Source: Burkholderiaceae bacterium (GTDB taxonomy: Bacteria > Pseudomonadota > Gammaproteobacteria > Burkholderiales > Burkholderiaceae_C). Taken from it: 64,000 bases of DNA. The stretch is from positions 1,220-65,219 of the forward strand of contig JBBKVW010000290.1 in NCBI GenBank assembly GCA_037968655.1, read 5' to 3'. The stretch's first letter is position 1, and each line of letters opens with the position of its first letter. The translations under genes were made by a program, and so were the position numbers. The notes under the pieces were generated by a model, which ran no database searches, was not told the DNA's origin, and saw nothing but the letters and a program-made list of their open reading frames with translations. Shown in pieces: positions 1 to 10,982 of this stretch.

Positions 1-5
1 GGCGT

Positions 6-65
6 TCATGCGGCAGCGCGCTTGGCCATCAGGGCAGCATTGGTGCGATGGAAAAAACGGTACAT
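6..65 (-). CDS. Putative 19-aa small ORF / leader peptide (MYRFFHRTNAALMAKRAAA) coupled to a gene that leaves the window
   Basis: Manual translation of the minus strand. GGAG lies 6 nt before the ATG at 65. The TGA overlaps the next ATG (ATGA, 9..6), which begins MNA... Confidence 0.35.
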   Translation of the reverse strand: MYRFFHRTNAALMAKRAAA

Positions 66-345
66 CGAGCGCTCCGTTGAATGACAAAAAAATCCGATCC
101 AGGCTGGCCTGGCGGACACGTAGCCACGGTGATGCCGCGGTCAGACAACGTCAATGCTTATGATGCACCGCATCGCATTCCCGTCCGCTACGGATAAACC
201 CTTGGGAACCACATCGATGCGTCTTTGACCTTGGGGACCAGCACCGCGCGGCGCCCTGAAAATGCGCGCAGCCCTGCCGGTGCGTAAGCCTCAACTCCGG
301 TTCAAGCGCCTGATTTCAATGGCCTGCGCCAGTTTGCGAAAATAG

Positions 346-3024
<2,679 letters not shown>

Positions 3025-3103
3025 CGCCCATTGCGCTGCTGAGCCAAGCCGTGACAGCCACTGCGATGCCGGTTTCGCCGGATCAGCCGTAGGGCGGCTG
3101 AGC

Positions 3104-3976
3104 ATGCTGGAACTGGACACCGCGCGCAACCGCCAGCTCGGCATTGCGATGGTGAGTGTCACCACACTGTGCTTTGCGGCGCTGGACAGCACCGCAAAAT
3201 GGCTGGTGCTGGCATTGCCGGTGTTCCAGGTAGTGTGGCTGCGCTTTGTCACCCATACCCTGCTGGCGATCGTAGTGTTGACGCCGCGCTACGGGTTGGC
3301 CCTGTACCGTCCGCGCGAAATGCGCCTGCAACTGTTGCGTGCCCTGATGCAGGCCGTCATGACGGCGTTGAACTTCTGGGCGCTGCAGTACCTGCAACTC
3401 GACGTGACCGGCGCGATCCAGTTTTCGGTACCGATCCTGATCGCCGTCATCAGTGCCCAGTTGCTGGGCGAGCGACTCGATGCGCGGCGCTGGATCGCGA
3501 TCCTGATCGGATTCTCTGGCGTGCTGCTGATCGTGCGCCCGGGCTCGCAGGGCTTTCACCCGGCCATCGTGCTGTCGCTGGTCAATGCCGTGCTGTATGC
3601 GCTGTTCAACATGCTGACGCGTCGCCTGGCCGCCACCGAGCTGCCGGCCACGACCCAGCTCTGGTCGGCCGGCGGCGCCGCGCTGCTGCTCACGCCCTTC
3701 GGATTGCTGCAATGGACCACGCCGCAGGACACGCTGACCTGGGTTCTGGTGCTGTCCATGGGTGTGTATGGCGGGCTTGGCCATCTGATGGTGACGCAGG
3801 CACACCGCTATGCGTCAGCCGCCGTGCTCGGCCCCTTCCTGTATCAGCAGATCATCTACATGACGCTATTGGGCTGGCTGGTATTCGGCCATGTGCCCGA
3901 TGCGGCGGTGATTGCGGGCGCTGCGATCGTCGTTGCCAGCGGCCTGTACCTGCTGTACCGCGAGTTCAGGCGCTGA
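3104..3976 (+). CDS. DMT/EamA family transporter
   Basis: About 10 hydrophobic segments with the EamA signature LLGERLDARRWIAILIGFSGVLLIVRPG. Start taken at MLELD. Confidence 0.85.
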   Translation: MLELDTARNRQLGIAMVSVTTLCFAALDSTAKWLVLALPVFQVVWLRFVTHTLLAIVVLTPRYGLALYRPREMRLQLLRALMQAVMTALNFWALQYLQLDVTGAIQFSVPILIAVISAQLLGERLDARRWIAILIGFSGVLLIVRPGSQGFHPAIVLSLVNAVLYALFNMLTRRLAATELPATTQLWSAGGAALLLTPFGLLQWTTPQDTLTWVLVLSMGVYGGLGHLMVTQAHRYASAAVLGPFLYQQIIYMTLLGWLVFGHVPDAAVIAGAAIVVASGLYLLYREFRR

Positions 3977-4068
3977 GCGTGTCACTGTCGGCTCGGAGCG
4001 CAGCCGGCCCGTAGTGCCATCCGACCGGGCCCGGCGCTGCCGGGCGACGGCGCCTGATCCAGGTTTGT

Positions 4069-5688
4069 TCAGGCGTGCTGCTTCTTGTGCCGGTACATCG
4101 CTTCGTCGCTGCGATGCGTCAGCGATTCGACGGTATCGCCAGGGCGCGCGGTTGCCACACCCACGCTGATGCTCGAGTGCAATCCGGTAGCAATCGTCGA
4201 CCAGTCGAAAGCGCGAACTGCTGTTGCAATGCGCTCGCAGACCTGGCGCGCGATCGCCAGTTCGGCGTTCTTGAACACGATCACGAATTCGTCGCCGGCC
4301 AGTCGCGCCGCCATGTCGTCCTCGCGCACATGCGTGCGCAAGATCTGCGCGATGCGCCTGAGCACCTCGTCGCCGACCTGGTGCGAGAAGTTGTCGTTGA
4401 TCTGCTTGAACTTGTCCACGTCGATCAGCGCCACGCAGGGCGGCAGTCCGTGTTCCAGGCCCTTGCGCAGCAGCTCTGCGGCATACATCTCGAAGTTGCG
4501 CCGGTTCGGTATACCGGTCAGGGCGTCTTCCAGCGAGAGTTTTTCCAGTTGGCGCGAGGTGATCTCCAGCCGGTCCACATGCTGCTGGCGCAGGCGCAGG
4601 TCGACCTGCCATTCGATCACTTTCTCGCGGGTTTCCAGGCCATCGGTGCGCAGCAACTGCTCGCGCAGGCGCAGGCGACGCATTTCGTCCAGCGCCAGTC
4701 CGTTCTGGCCTTGCGCCACATGGATCTGGGACGCCAGCACATGGCCCAGGCAGGCAAGCTGTTCATGTTCGACTTCGGTTGCGATCTCGATCATGCGGGC
4801 CGCCTGCGGAAGGGCGACCGCCCAATCGCCCTTGGCCCAGGCGATCTCCGCCCGGACCCAGCTCTCCAGCGCCCCCAGCCAGGTCACCGTGCCATAGCGC
4901 TTGGCCCACTGGGCCAGCACTTCCACGTCAAGCCGGGCCTGGCCGATGCGCCCGGCCCAGCACTGCTCCAGGCACAGGCCGAACTGCAATACCGCTTCGG
5001 TGGTGACATGGGTTCCCGGCGACACGTTGCCCGCGTCGCCGCTGGAGATGCGCTCCACTATCGCCTCACGCCGCGACCGCAGGCGATCGAGCGAGTCGAA
5101 CCCGCCTACGTAATGGCGTTCGTGGAACACCCGTACCAGTTCGGTCCACCATTGATTGACCCGGGGCTGGAACATGCTCAGTGGCGTCGGCGCACGTTCG
5201 GCGATCTGGATTGCCGTGGCCAGCGCCTGCTCGGCCTTCTCGAAGCCGTGGCTCCAGAAATATGCCACGCCCAGAGCGTTGTAGGCCATCACGCTGTGTT
5301 CGTCGTGCTCCAGGAACTGGCTCAGGCGCACACCGAGCAAGGCCGCCTCCAGCGCTTCTTCGTTGCGCCCCAGCGTGACCGAGACAACGGCATGGGTCGT
5401 CAGCGCCAGCACCTCGCCCGGTGTGTCACCCAGCAATTGAAACAGGTGCGCCGCCCGCTGGCTGGCCCGGTGCGCACGGCGGTAGTGCGACAGCATCCGG
5501 TCGCAATGCGCCAGGCAGATCAGGGCCTTGGCTTCATAACGCGGGTTCGACAGACCCTCGGCGGCCTTGAGCACCCGTTGCGAGATGCTGCGGCCGGTTT
5601 GTACGTCGCCGCGGTCCAGCGCAGCATGCGCCTCGCGCAGCAATGCCTCCAGTCCATCATTGCGGCGGGGCGGTGTAATGCTGGACAT
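4069..5688 (-). CDS. Diguanylate cyclase with an N-terminal TPR-like helical region
   Basis: C-terminal DALTGIPNRR, IDVDKFKQINDNFSHQVGDEVL and RxxD...RLAGDEF. Ala/Leu-rich helical repeats at the N-terminus. Confidence 0.85.
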   Translation of the reverse strand: MSSITPPRRNDGLEALLREAHAALDRGDVQTGRSISQRVLKAAEGLSNPRYEAKALICLAHCDRMLSHYRRAHRASQRAAHLFQLLGDTPGEVLALTTHAVVSVTLGRNEEALEAALLGVRLSQFLEHDEHSVMAYNALGVAYFWSHGFEKAEQALATAIQIAERAPTPLSMFQPRVNQWWTELVRVFHERHYVGGFDSLDRLRSRREAIVERISSGDAGNVSPGTHVTTEAVLQFGLCLEQCWAGRIGQARLDVEVLAQWAKRYGTVTWLGALESWVRAEIAWAKGDWAVALPQAARMIEIATEVEHEQLACLGHVLASQIHVAQGQNGLALDEMRRLRLREQLLRTDGLETREKVIEWQVDLRLRQQHVDRLEITSRQLEKLSLEDALTGIPNRRNFEMYAAELLRKGLEHGLPPCVALIDVDKFKQINDNFSHQVGDEVLRRIAQILRTHVREDDMAARLAGDEFVIVFKNAELAIARQVCERIATAVRAFDWSTIATGLHSSISVGVATARPGDTVESLTHRSDEAMYRHKKQHA

Positions 5689-5819
5689 GGCTTGATTTTG
5701 CGTCAGAAACAGGGCGGCACTGTAGCGCAGCGACCCAAGTGCGGGCTGCGCCGCTGCAATGTACGCCGCCCTGGGCAACGCGAAACTACACTTTCAGCGA
5801 TGACAACAAGGAACCTCGC

Positions 5820-6659
5820 ATGGCCGCCGGGCGCAGTCGCTTGATGGCCTTTGTCACGAACGCACTCGGCCTGGCCGTCGTGGTGCTGGCCTTGTACGGG
5901 GCGGTGCTGGGCTGGCTGTGGTGGCGTCAGGAGTCACTGCTGTTTGTGCCCACGGTGCTGGCGGCCGATCTGCCTTTGGCGCTTGCGCCCGATATCCATG
6001 AAGTCCGGATCCCGGTTCCCGGCGCGCAGCTATCGGCACTGCATTTGCGGCTGCCCGATCCCAAGGGTGTGGTGTTTTTCCTGCACGGCAACGGCGGCAG
6101 CCTGCAAAGCTGGTTCGTGCAGCCCGAGTTCTACCGGCGCGCCAATTTCGATCTGTTCATGATCGACTATCGGGGTTATGGCAAGAGCAGCGGCAGCATC
6201 GACAGCGAAGCGCAGTTGCATGCCGACGTGCGCGCAGCCTGGGAGCAGATCGCGGCGCAATATGCCGGGCGCAAACTGGTCCTCTACGGGCGCTCGCTGG
6301 GCAGTGGGCTGGCGGCCCGTCTGGCGGTGGACCTGGCAGGTACGCGCGCGCCAGACCTGACCGTGCTGGTTTCACCCTACACCAGCATCCTGGCGCTGAG
6401 CCGCGAGCATTTTCGCTGGGTGCCTGGCTGGGTGCTGCGCTATCCACTGCGCACCGATGCCTGGATCACGCGCATACCCAATCGGCTGCTACTGATCCAC
6501 GGCGAGCTGGATTCCTTGATCGCGCCACGGCACAGCCAGCAATTGCATGCGCTGGTGCCGCAATCAGGGCGGTTGCTGGTTCCCGGTGCAGGACACAACG
6601 ACTTGCAGGAGTTCCCGGTCTACCTGGATGGTTTCGCCAAGGCCTTGGGCGCGTTGTAG
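5820..6659 (+). CDS. Alpha/beta hydrolase (ABHD/BEM46-like) with N-terminal membrane anchor
   Basis: FLHGNGGS, DYRGYGKS, nucleophile GRSLG, HGELD, GAGHND. AAGGA RBS precedes the ATG. Confidence 0.85.
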   Translation: MAAGRSRLMAFVTNALGLAVVVLALYGAVLGWLWWRQESLLFVPTVLAADLPLALAPDIHEVRIPVPGAQLSALHLRLPDPKGVVFFLHGNGGSLQSWFVQPEFYRRANFDLFMIDYRGYGKSSGSIDSEAQLHADVRAAWEQIAAQYAGRKLVLYGRSLGSGLAARLAVDLAGTRAPDLTVLVSPYTSILALSREHFRWVPGWVLRYPLRTDAWITRIPNRLLLIHGELDSLIAPRHSQQLHALVPQSGRLLVPGAGHNDLQEFPVYLDGFAKALGAL

Positions 6660-6754
6660 GCCTTCTTGCGTCTGGCTTGCTTGCAGGGTGCTTGTCTCGT
6701 CAATGCGCTTTGCCGCGCATCGCGTGTTGCCTGCTACCCAGGCAACCGGCTAGG

Positions 6755-6783
6755 AGCCGGCGCCGATGTTTTCGGCGCCGGCT
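6755..6783. terminator. GC-rich hairpin between convergent genes
   Basis: AGCCGGCGCCGA-tgttt-TCGGCGCCGGCT is a perfect 12-bp stem. A second 8-bp stem (GTTGCCTG/CAGGCAAC) lies at about 6726-6746. Confidence 0.5.
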
Positions 6784-6802
6784 GGTTCCGTTACGAGCAG
6801 GC

Positions 6803-7564
6803 TCAGCCAGCACCTTTGATCAGGCCGATCGGTGCGCCCAGCGGATCGATCAACACCGTAAAGCGGCCGATATTGGGAATGTCGGTTGGCGGAACGACGG
6901 TCTTCGTGGCGCCCAGCTTCATCGCCTTCTTGCTGGCGGCGTCGCAGTCGGCCACATGGATGTAGGGCAACCATTGCGAGGGCATGGGCACATCGGCTCC
7001 CACTTGCATCAGGCCACCGCGCATCGTGCCCTTGGCGTCCTTGAGTATGTAATAGGTGCCCTGCGGGCCCATGTCCATCGAGTCGTGCGAGAAGCCCAGG
7101 GCCTTTTCGTAGAACGCCAGCGCGGCCTTGGCGTCGGTCGTCCACAACTCGTTCCAGAACCAGGCGCTGACGGGTGTCTTGTCGACGTCTACGGGGTCGT
7201 CCTGGGCTCCTTTCCACAGGCAGACCATGGCACCGGTCGGGTCCTTGACGGCGGCCGCGCGACCGACATCGCCGAAATCGGTCGGCGCCATCATCGCGCT
7301 GGCACCTGCCTTGGTGGCTGAGGCGAAGCTCTTGTCCACGTCCTCGACCGACAGGTAGGAAGCCCAATGGGCGGAAGTGCCCTTGTCGGCGCTGCGTAAT
7401 CCGCCGATGCCCTTGTCGCCATTCATGATGATGTCGTAGGGCTGATCGCCCATCGGCATGGGCTGGACCGACCAGCCGCACAAGGCGCTGTAGAACTCGC
7501 GCGCCTTCGCAGGTTCTGCCGACACATGTTCGAACCAGACAAATTTTCCAGGTAGTTTGGCCAT
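6803..7564 (-). CDS. VOC/glyoxalase family protein with two VOC modules
   Basis: Duplicated W(F/N)E...FY..L.G...W..Y..V.D.D...GA....P.D...GR....DP.GA pattern. AAAGGAGA RBS. Confidence 0.9.
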   Translation of the reverse strand: MAKLPGKFVWFEHVSAEPAKAREFYSALCGWSVQPMPMGDQPYDIIMNGDKGIGGLRSADKGTSAHWASYLSVEDVDKSFASATKAGASAMMAPTDFGDVGRAAAVKDPTGAMVCLWKGAQDDPVDVDKTPVSAWFWNELWTTDAKAALAFYEKALGFSHDSMDMGPQGTYYILKDAKGTMRGGLMQVGADVPMPSQWLPYIHVADCDAASKKAMKLGATKTVVPPTDIPNIGRFTVLIDPLGAPIGLIKGAG

Positions 7565-7686
7565 GGTGTTCTCTCCTTTTGGTGGTGGTGGATGATGGCT
7601 ATTCTTGCGCTATCAGTCGTTCGCCGGGCGGTCCAAAGAACGACGGATAGCGCTTTTGGGGTCAGGCCAAGCCGGGTTTTGACGCC

Positions 7687-8766
7687 TCATGCAGGCTGGG
7701 TCGCGGCAAAACTGGCGCGCTGTGTCATCGCCTCATGGGCCCGCGCGACGTTCGGGTATTGCGCCATCAGGGCGCCGCCCTGCGGCATGCCCTTGACATA
7801 GGCCAGGATCGGCGCCAGGAACAGGTCGGCGGCCGCCATGTTTGCGCCAGCCAGGAAGTCGCGGCTGCCATATGCCTTGTCCAGGGCGGCGAATTGCGCC
7901 GGCATTTCGGCCAACGCCTTGTCGATCACGACGCCGTCCGGCTTGCCGCCTTCGCCCTTGGGAAAGATGATCTGCAAAACGAAGCGACGCACCATGGTGT
8001 CATACAGATAGCTGTTGATGCTGCTGATCCACTGGCTGTTGCGGGTGCGCTCCATGATGCTGCCAGGGCGCAGCGCCACGCCGGTAGCGAAGCACTCGTC
8101 CAGATAGTTCACGATCGCCACGGTCTCCCAGATCGTGATGTCGCCGTCGCTCAGAGCCGGTATCCGGCCAAACGGATGCACGGCCATGATCTCGGGCGTG
8201 TGCGGGCCAGTGGTCTGCATGGTGTAGGCCACGGCCTTCTCGGCCAGGGCGAGCCGCGCGGTGCGGGTGTAGGTGCTGCGCGCGTCGCCCAGCAGGGTGA
8301 TGGTGCCGGCACTGCCCTTGGCATCGAGTGCGTCGCTCAGGCGGTTGAAGGTCGAGGTCCAGCCCTGGTTGTGCGAATCGCGTGCTGCCGCGGCCGGGAA
8401 TCCGCTGTGCGTCATGCGCAATTCTGTGCCACCGTCCTTTTCAAGCAGTTCCACTTCGATCAGGGTTTCCACGCCCGCCATCGGATTGTTCTCGCCCTGC
8501 CATTGCCAGGTGTAGGCCAGGCTGGCCGGCCGTTGCAGGTGGGTGAAACGCCCGCCGACCACGAACTGCGTTCCGTCGCGCGATTGCATCGTGACCTGCC
8601 AGGCGCCGCCGGTTTCGGCCTTGGCCCTGGCCGCGCTGACTGACATGCCGCGCGGCCCCATCCAGGCCGAGAGGCCGGCCTCGGTGGTGAAGGCGTCGAA
8701 CACCTTGTCGCGCGGCGCACGGATGAAACGCGTCATGTTGAGCGTGAAACGATCGGGAGCATTCAT
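7687..8766 (-). CDS. SRPBCC (AHSA1/CalC-like) ligand-binding domain fused to glutathione S-transferase
   Basis: Residues ~1-147 carry RAPRDKVFDAFT...W.GP...THSGF...HNQGW. The rest carries STYTR, HPFGRIPAL, IWETVAIVNYLDE and FLAG...ADLFLAP. Confidence 0.85.
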   Translation of the reverse strand: MNAPDRFTLNMTRFIRAPRDKVFDAFTTEAGLSAWMGPRGMSVSAARAKAETGGAWQVTMQSRDGTQFVVGGRFTHLQRPASLAYTWQWQGENNPMAGVETLIEVELLEKDGGTELRMTHSGFPAAAARDSHNQGWTSTFNRLSDALDAKGSAGTITLLGDARSTYTRTARLALAEKAVAYTMQTTGPHTPEIMAVHPFGRIPALSDGDITIWETVAIVNYLDECFATGVALRPGSIMERTRNSQWISSINSYLYDTMVRRFVLQIIFPKGEGGKPDGVVIDKALAEMPAQFAALDKAYGSRDFLAGANMAAADLFLAPILAYVKGMPQGGALMAQYPNVARAHEAMTQRASFAATQPA

Positions 8767-9236
8767 GGCTTTCTCCTGGTGGGTCGGGTGGATGTGCGGG
8801 ACGCACGGGTGGTTTTGGGGACGACGATGGCGTCGGGCGGCGGCGGAAGTGGCATGTCGCCAGCGGTAGGGGGATCGCCGGCACTCGGTGGCGCCATGGC
8901 GTCGGATGGCGGGCGCTGTTCCAGTACCTCGACCAGGCGGTCCAGGCTTTCATCCCAAAAACTGCGGTACTGGGCCAGCCAGTCGTCTGCAATGCGCAAA
9001 CCGGGAGGATGGAGCTTGCAGATGCGCCATTGGGCACTGGCTTTGCGCTCGATCAGGCGGGCCTTTTCCAGCACCCGCAAGTGGCGCGAGATCGCCGGTC
9101 CGGAGATGGAGAACGGCTTGATCAAGTCACCCACTCGCGACTCGCCTTGCGCCAGGCGGGCCAGGATGGCGCGCCGGGTCGGGTCGGCCAGGGCGGCGAA
9201 TGTAGCGCTCAGGGGATCGGTGCCAATCAGGTGCAT
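8763..9236 (-). CDS. ArsR/SmtB family transcriptional repressor with a Pro-rich C-terminal tail
   Basis: FAALADPTRRAILARL...ISGPAISRHLRVLEKARLI...W...LDRL, the subgroup usually found with SRPBCC genes. Its stop overlaps the next ATG. Confidence 0.9.
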   Translation of the reverse strand: MHLIGTDPLSATFAALADPTRRAILARLAQGESRVGDLIKPFSISGPAISRHLRVLEKARLIERKASAQWRICKLHPPGLRIADDWLAQYRSFWDESLDRLVEVLEQRPPSDAMAPPSAGDPPTAGDMPLPPPPDAIVVPKTTRASRTSTRPTRRKP

Positions 9237-9237
9237 G

Positions 9238-9271
9238 CATCTATTTAACCAATGCGTTAAATAGATGTCAA
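9238..9271 (-). promoter_or_regulatory. Operator palindrome overlapping the probable sigma70 promoter of the arsR operon
   Basis: CATCTATTTAAC-caatgc-GTTAAATAGATG is a perfect 12-6-12 inverted repeat at 9238-9267. Minus-strand TTGACA at 9271-9266. Confidence 0.7.
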
Positions 9272-9348
9272 GTCGGGCGCGATCTTTCCGCGCGCCATCT
9301 GTTGCGGAAGGGGGCAGACACATCCTGAAACTTTTTTATTGGGCGGAT

Positions 9349-9378
9349 CAACCCCATTTGGCCGACCCATTCGTTTCA
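9349..9378 (+). promoter_or_regulatory. Putative ECF sigma promoter
   Basis: CAACCCC-N16-CGTTTCA, 30 nt upstream of the ATG at 9409. It has the AAC...CGT architecture typical of ECF promoters. Confidence 0.6.
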
Positions 9379-9408
9379 GTACGTTCCAACCACTTTCGGG
9401 AAACTGTC

Positions 9409-10314
9409 ATGCAATTGCGTCAACTTGCCCTTTCTTTGCTGCTGGCCGGAACTGCGCTGCAGTCCCACGCGGTCGGACGCCTGGCCGATATCACCATCGT
9501 GGACCGCGACAGCGGTGCCGTATTGCCAGTGCACTACCACCAGGGTGAATACTGGGTCGCCGGCAATCCGGGAAGCCGCTATGCGATCACCTATTTCAAT
9601 CGTGTCGGTGAACGGCTGCTGGCCGTCATGTCGGTGGACGGCGTCAATGTGCTGAGCGGCGAGACCGCGGGCTTCAACCAGAGCGGCTATGTGCTGTCCG
9701 GCCTGCAGCGCTACCAGGTCAATGGCTGGCGCAAGAGCGACAGCGAGGTCGCTGCCTTTGCATTCGCCGCAGCCAATGCCTCGTATGCCGCTCGCACCGG
9801 CCGCGCCGACAACATCGGCGTGATCGGCGTTGCGCTGTTTCGCGAACAGCGCGCCGAGCCGCAGGTGCAACTGCCCGATCCGGCAATTCGCCAGCGCGAG
9901 AGCCGGGGCTGGCGGCGTGAGGACGAACGTGTTGGGTCGTCGTCCTCGCCCAAGCGTGAGAGCGGTATGGCGGATCAGTTGTCCGAGCGCAGCTCAAACT
10001 TGCCTGCCGAGTCCGATGCGGCGCGCGGGCGCGTCGAGTCACTGGGCAAGGCGCTGGCCCCGGCAGCGCCGGCGACGCGATTGGGAACAGCGCATGGTCA
10101 GCGCGAGACATCGTGGGTCTCGCGTACCCAGTTCGAGCGGGCACAATCGCAGCCCGATGAGATCATCCAGATCCGCTATGACAGCCGCGACAACCTGATC
10201 GCCAGCGGCGTGATCCGGGTGCCGGTGCCGCGGCAGCACATGCCGCGCATCGATCCGTTTCCGGCGTCGGAGCAGGCGACCTATGTGCCCGATCCGCCGC
10301 CCCTGCGGCACTGA
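9409..10314 (+). CDS. Conserved hypothetical exported protein, first gene of the ECF operon
   Basis: Sec signal peptide (MQLRQLALSLLLAGTALQSHA). Conserved-looking blocks VMSVDGVNVLSGE, GWRKS, YAARTGR..N.GVIGVA.FRE and LGTAHG.RE. Confidence 0.75.
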   Translation: MQLRQLALSLLLAGTALQSHAVGRLADITIVDRDSGAVLPVHYHQGEYWVAGNPGSRYAITYFNRVGERLLAVMSVDGVNVLSGETAGFNQSGYVLSGLQRYQVNGWRKSDSEVAAFAFAAANASYAARTGRADNIGVIGVALFREQRAEPQVQLPDPAIRQRESRGWRREDERVGSSSSPKRESGMADQLSERSSNLPAESDAARGRVESLGKALAPAAPATRLGTAHGQRETSWVSRTQFERAQSQPDEIIQIRYDSRDNLIASGVIRVPVPRQHMPRIDPFPASEQATYVPDPPPLRH

Positions 10315-10382
10315 TCCGATCGATCATGGGTCTGCGCTGGCAGACCCGTGCCGGCGCTGGCGCGGCGGTGATAATCGCGCCG

Positions 10383-10982
10383 ATGCCCGGCCCCGCCGAC
10401 CACGATGACACACCCGATGAAGCCATGATGCTGCGTTATGCCTCGGGTGACAGCACGGCCTTTGACGTGTTGTATGGCCGCCATGCCTTGGGTGTATGGC
10501 GCTATTTGTTGCGCCATGTACGCGACTCGGCGCTGGCCGATGATCTGTTGCAGGATGTCTGGTTTGCCGTTGCACGCCAGGGCGGTCGTTATGAGCCAAC
10601 GGCGCGCTTCAAGACGTGGCTGTTCACGATGGCGCACAACCGCATGGTGGACCATCTGCGCACCCGCAAACAGCACCTGAGCCTGGACCAGCCGCTTGGC
10701 GGCGCAGACGAAGCAGATGCGGCGGCGCTTGGCGACGCAGTGCCGGCCGATTCGGGCTTTGGGCCGCTGCGCCAATTGCAGTCGCGCGAACAGGCCACGG
10801 CATTGCTCCAAGCAATCGAGCAATTGCCATCAGAGCAGCGCGACGCCTTCCTGCTGCAGGCCGAAGGCGGCATGTCGGTGCAGGAGATTGCACAAGCGAC
10901 TGGCGTGGCTTTCGAAACCGCCAAGAGCCGGCTGCGCTATGCGCGCTCTTCCTTGCGCACGATGTTGCAGGGGTTCGCATGA
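10383..10982 (+). CDS. ECF RNA polymerase sigma factor (SbrI/PA2896-like)
   Basis: Region 2 AFDVLYGRH...DDLLQDVW...FKTWLFTMAHNR. Region 4 LPSEQRDAFLL...EIAQATGVAFETAKSRLRYA. Confidence 0.9.
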   Translation: MPGPADHDDTPDEAMMLRYASGDSTAFDVLYGRHALGVWRYLLRHVRDSALADDLLQDVWFAVARQGGRYEPTARFKTWLFTMAHNRMVDHLRTRKQHLSLDQPLGGADEADAAALGDAVPADSGFGPLRQLQSREQATALLQAIEQLPSEQRDAFLLQAEGGMSVQEIAQATGVAFETAKSRLRYARSSLRTMLQGFA

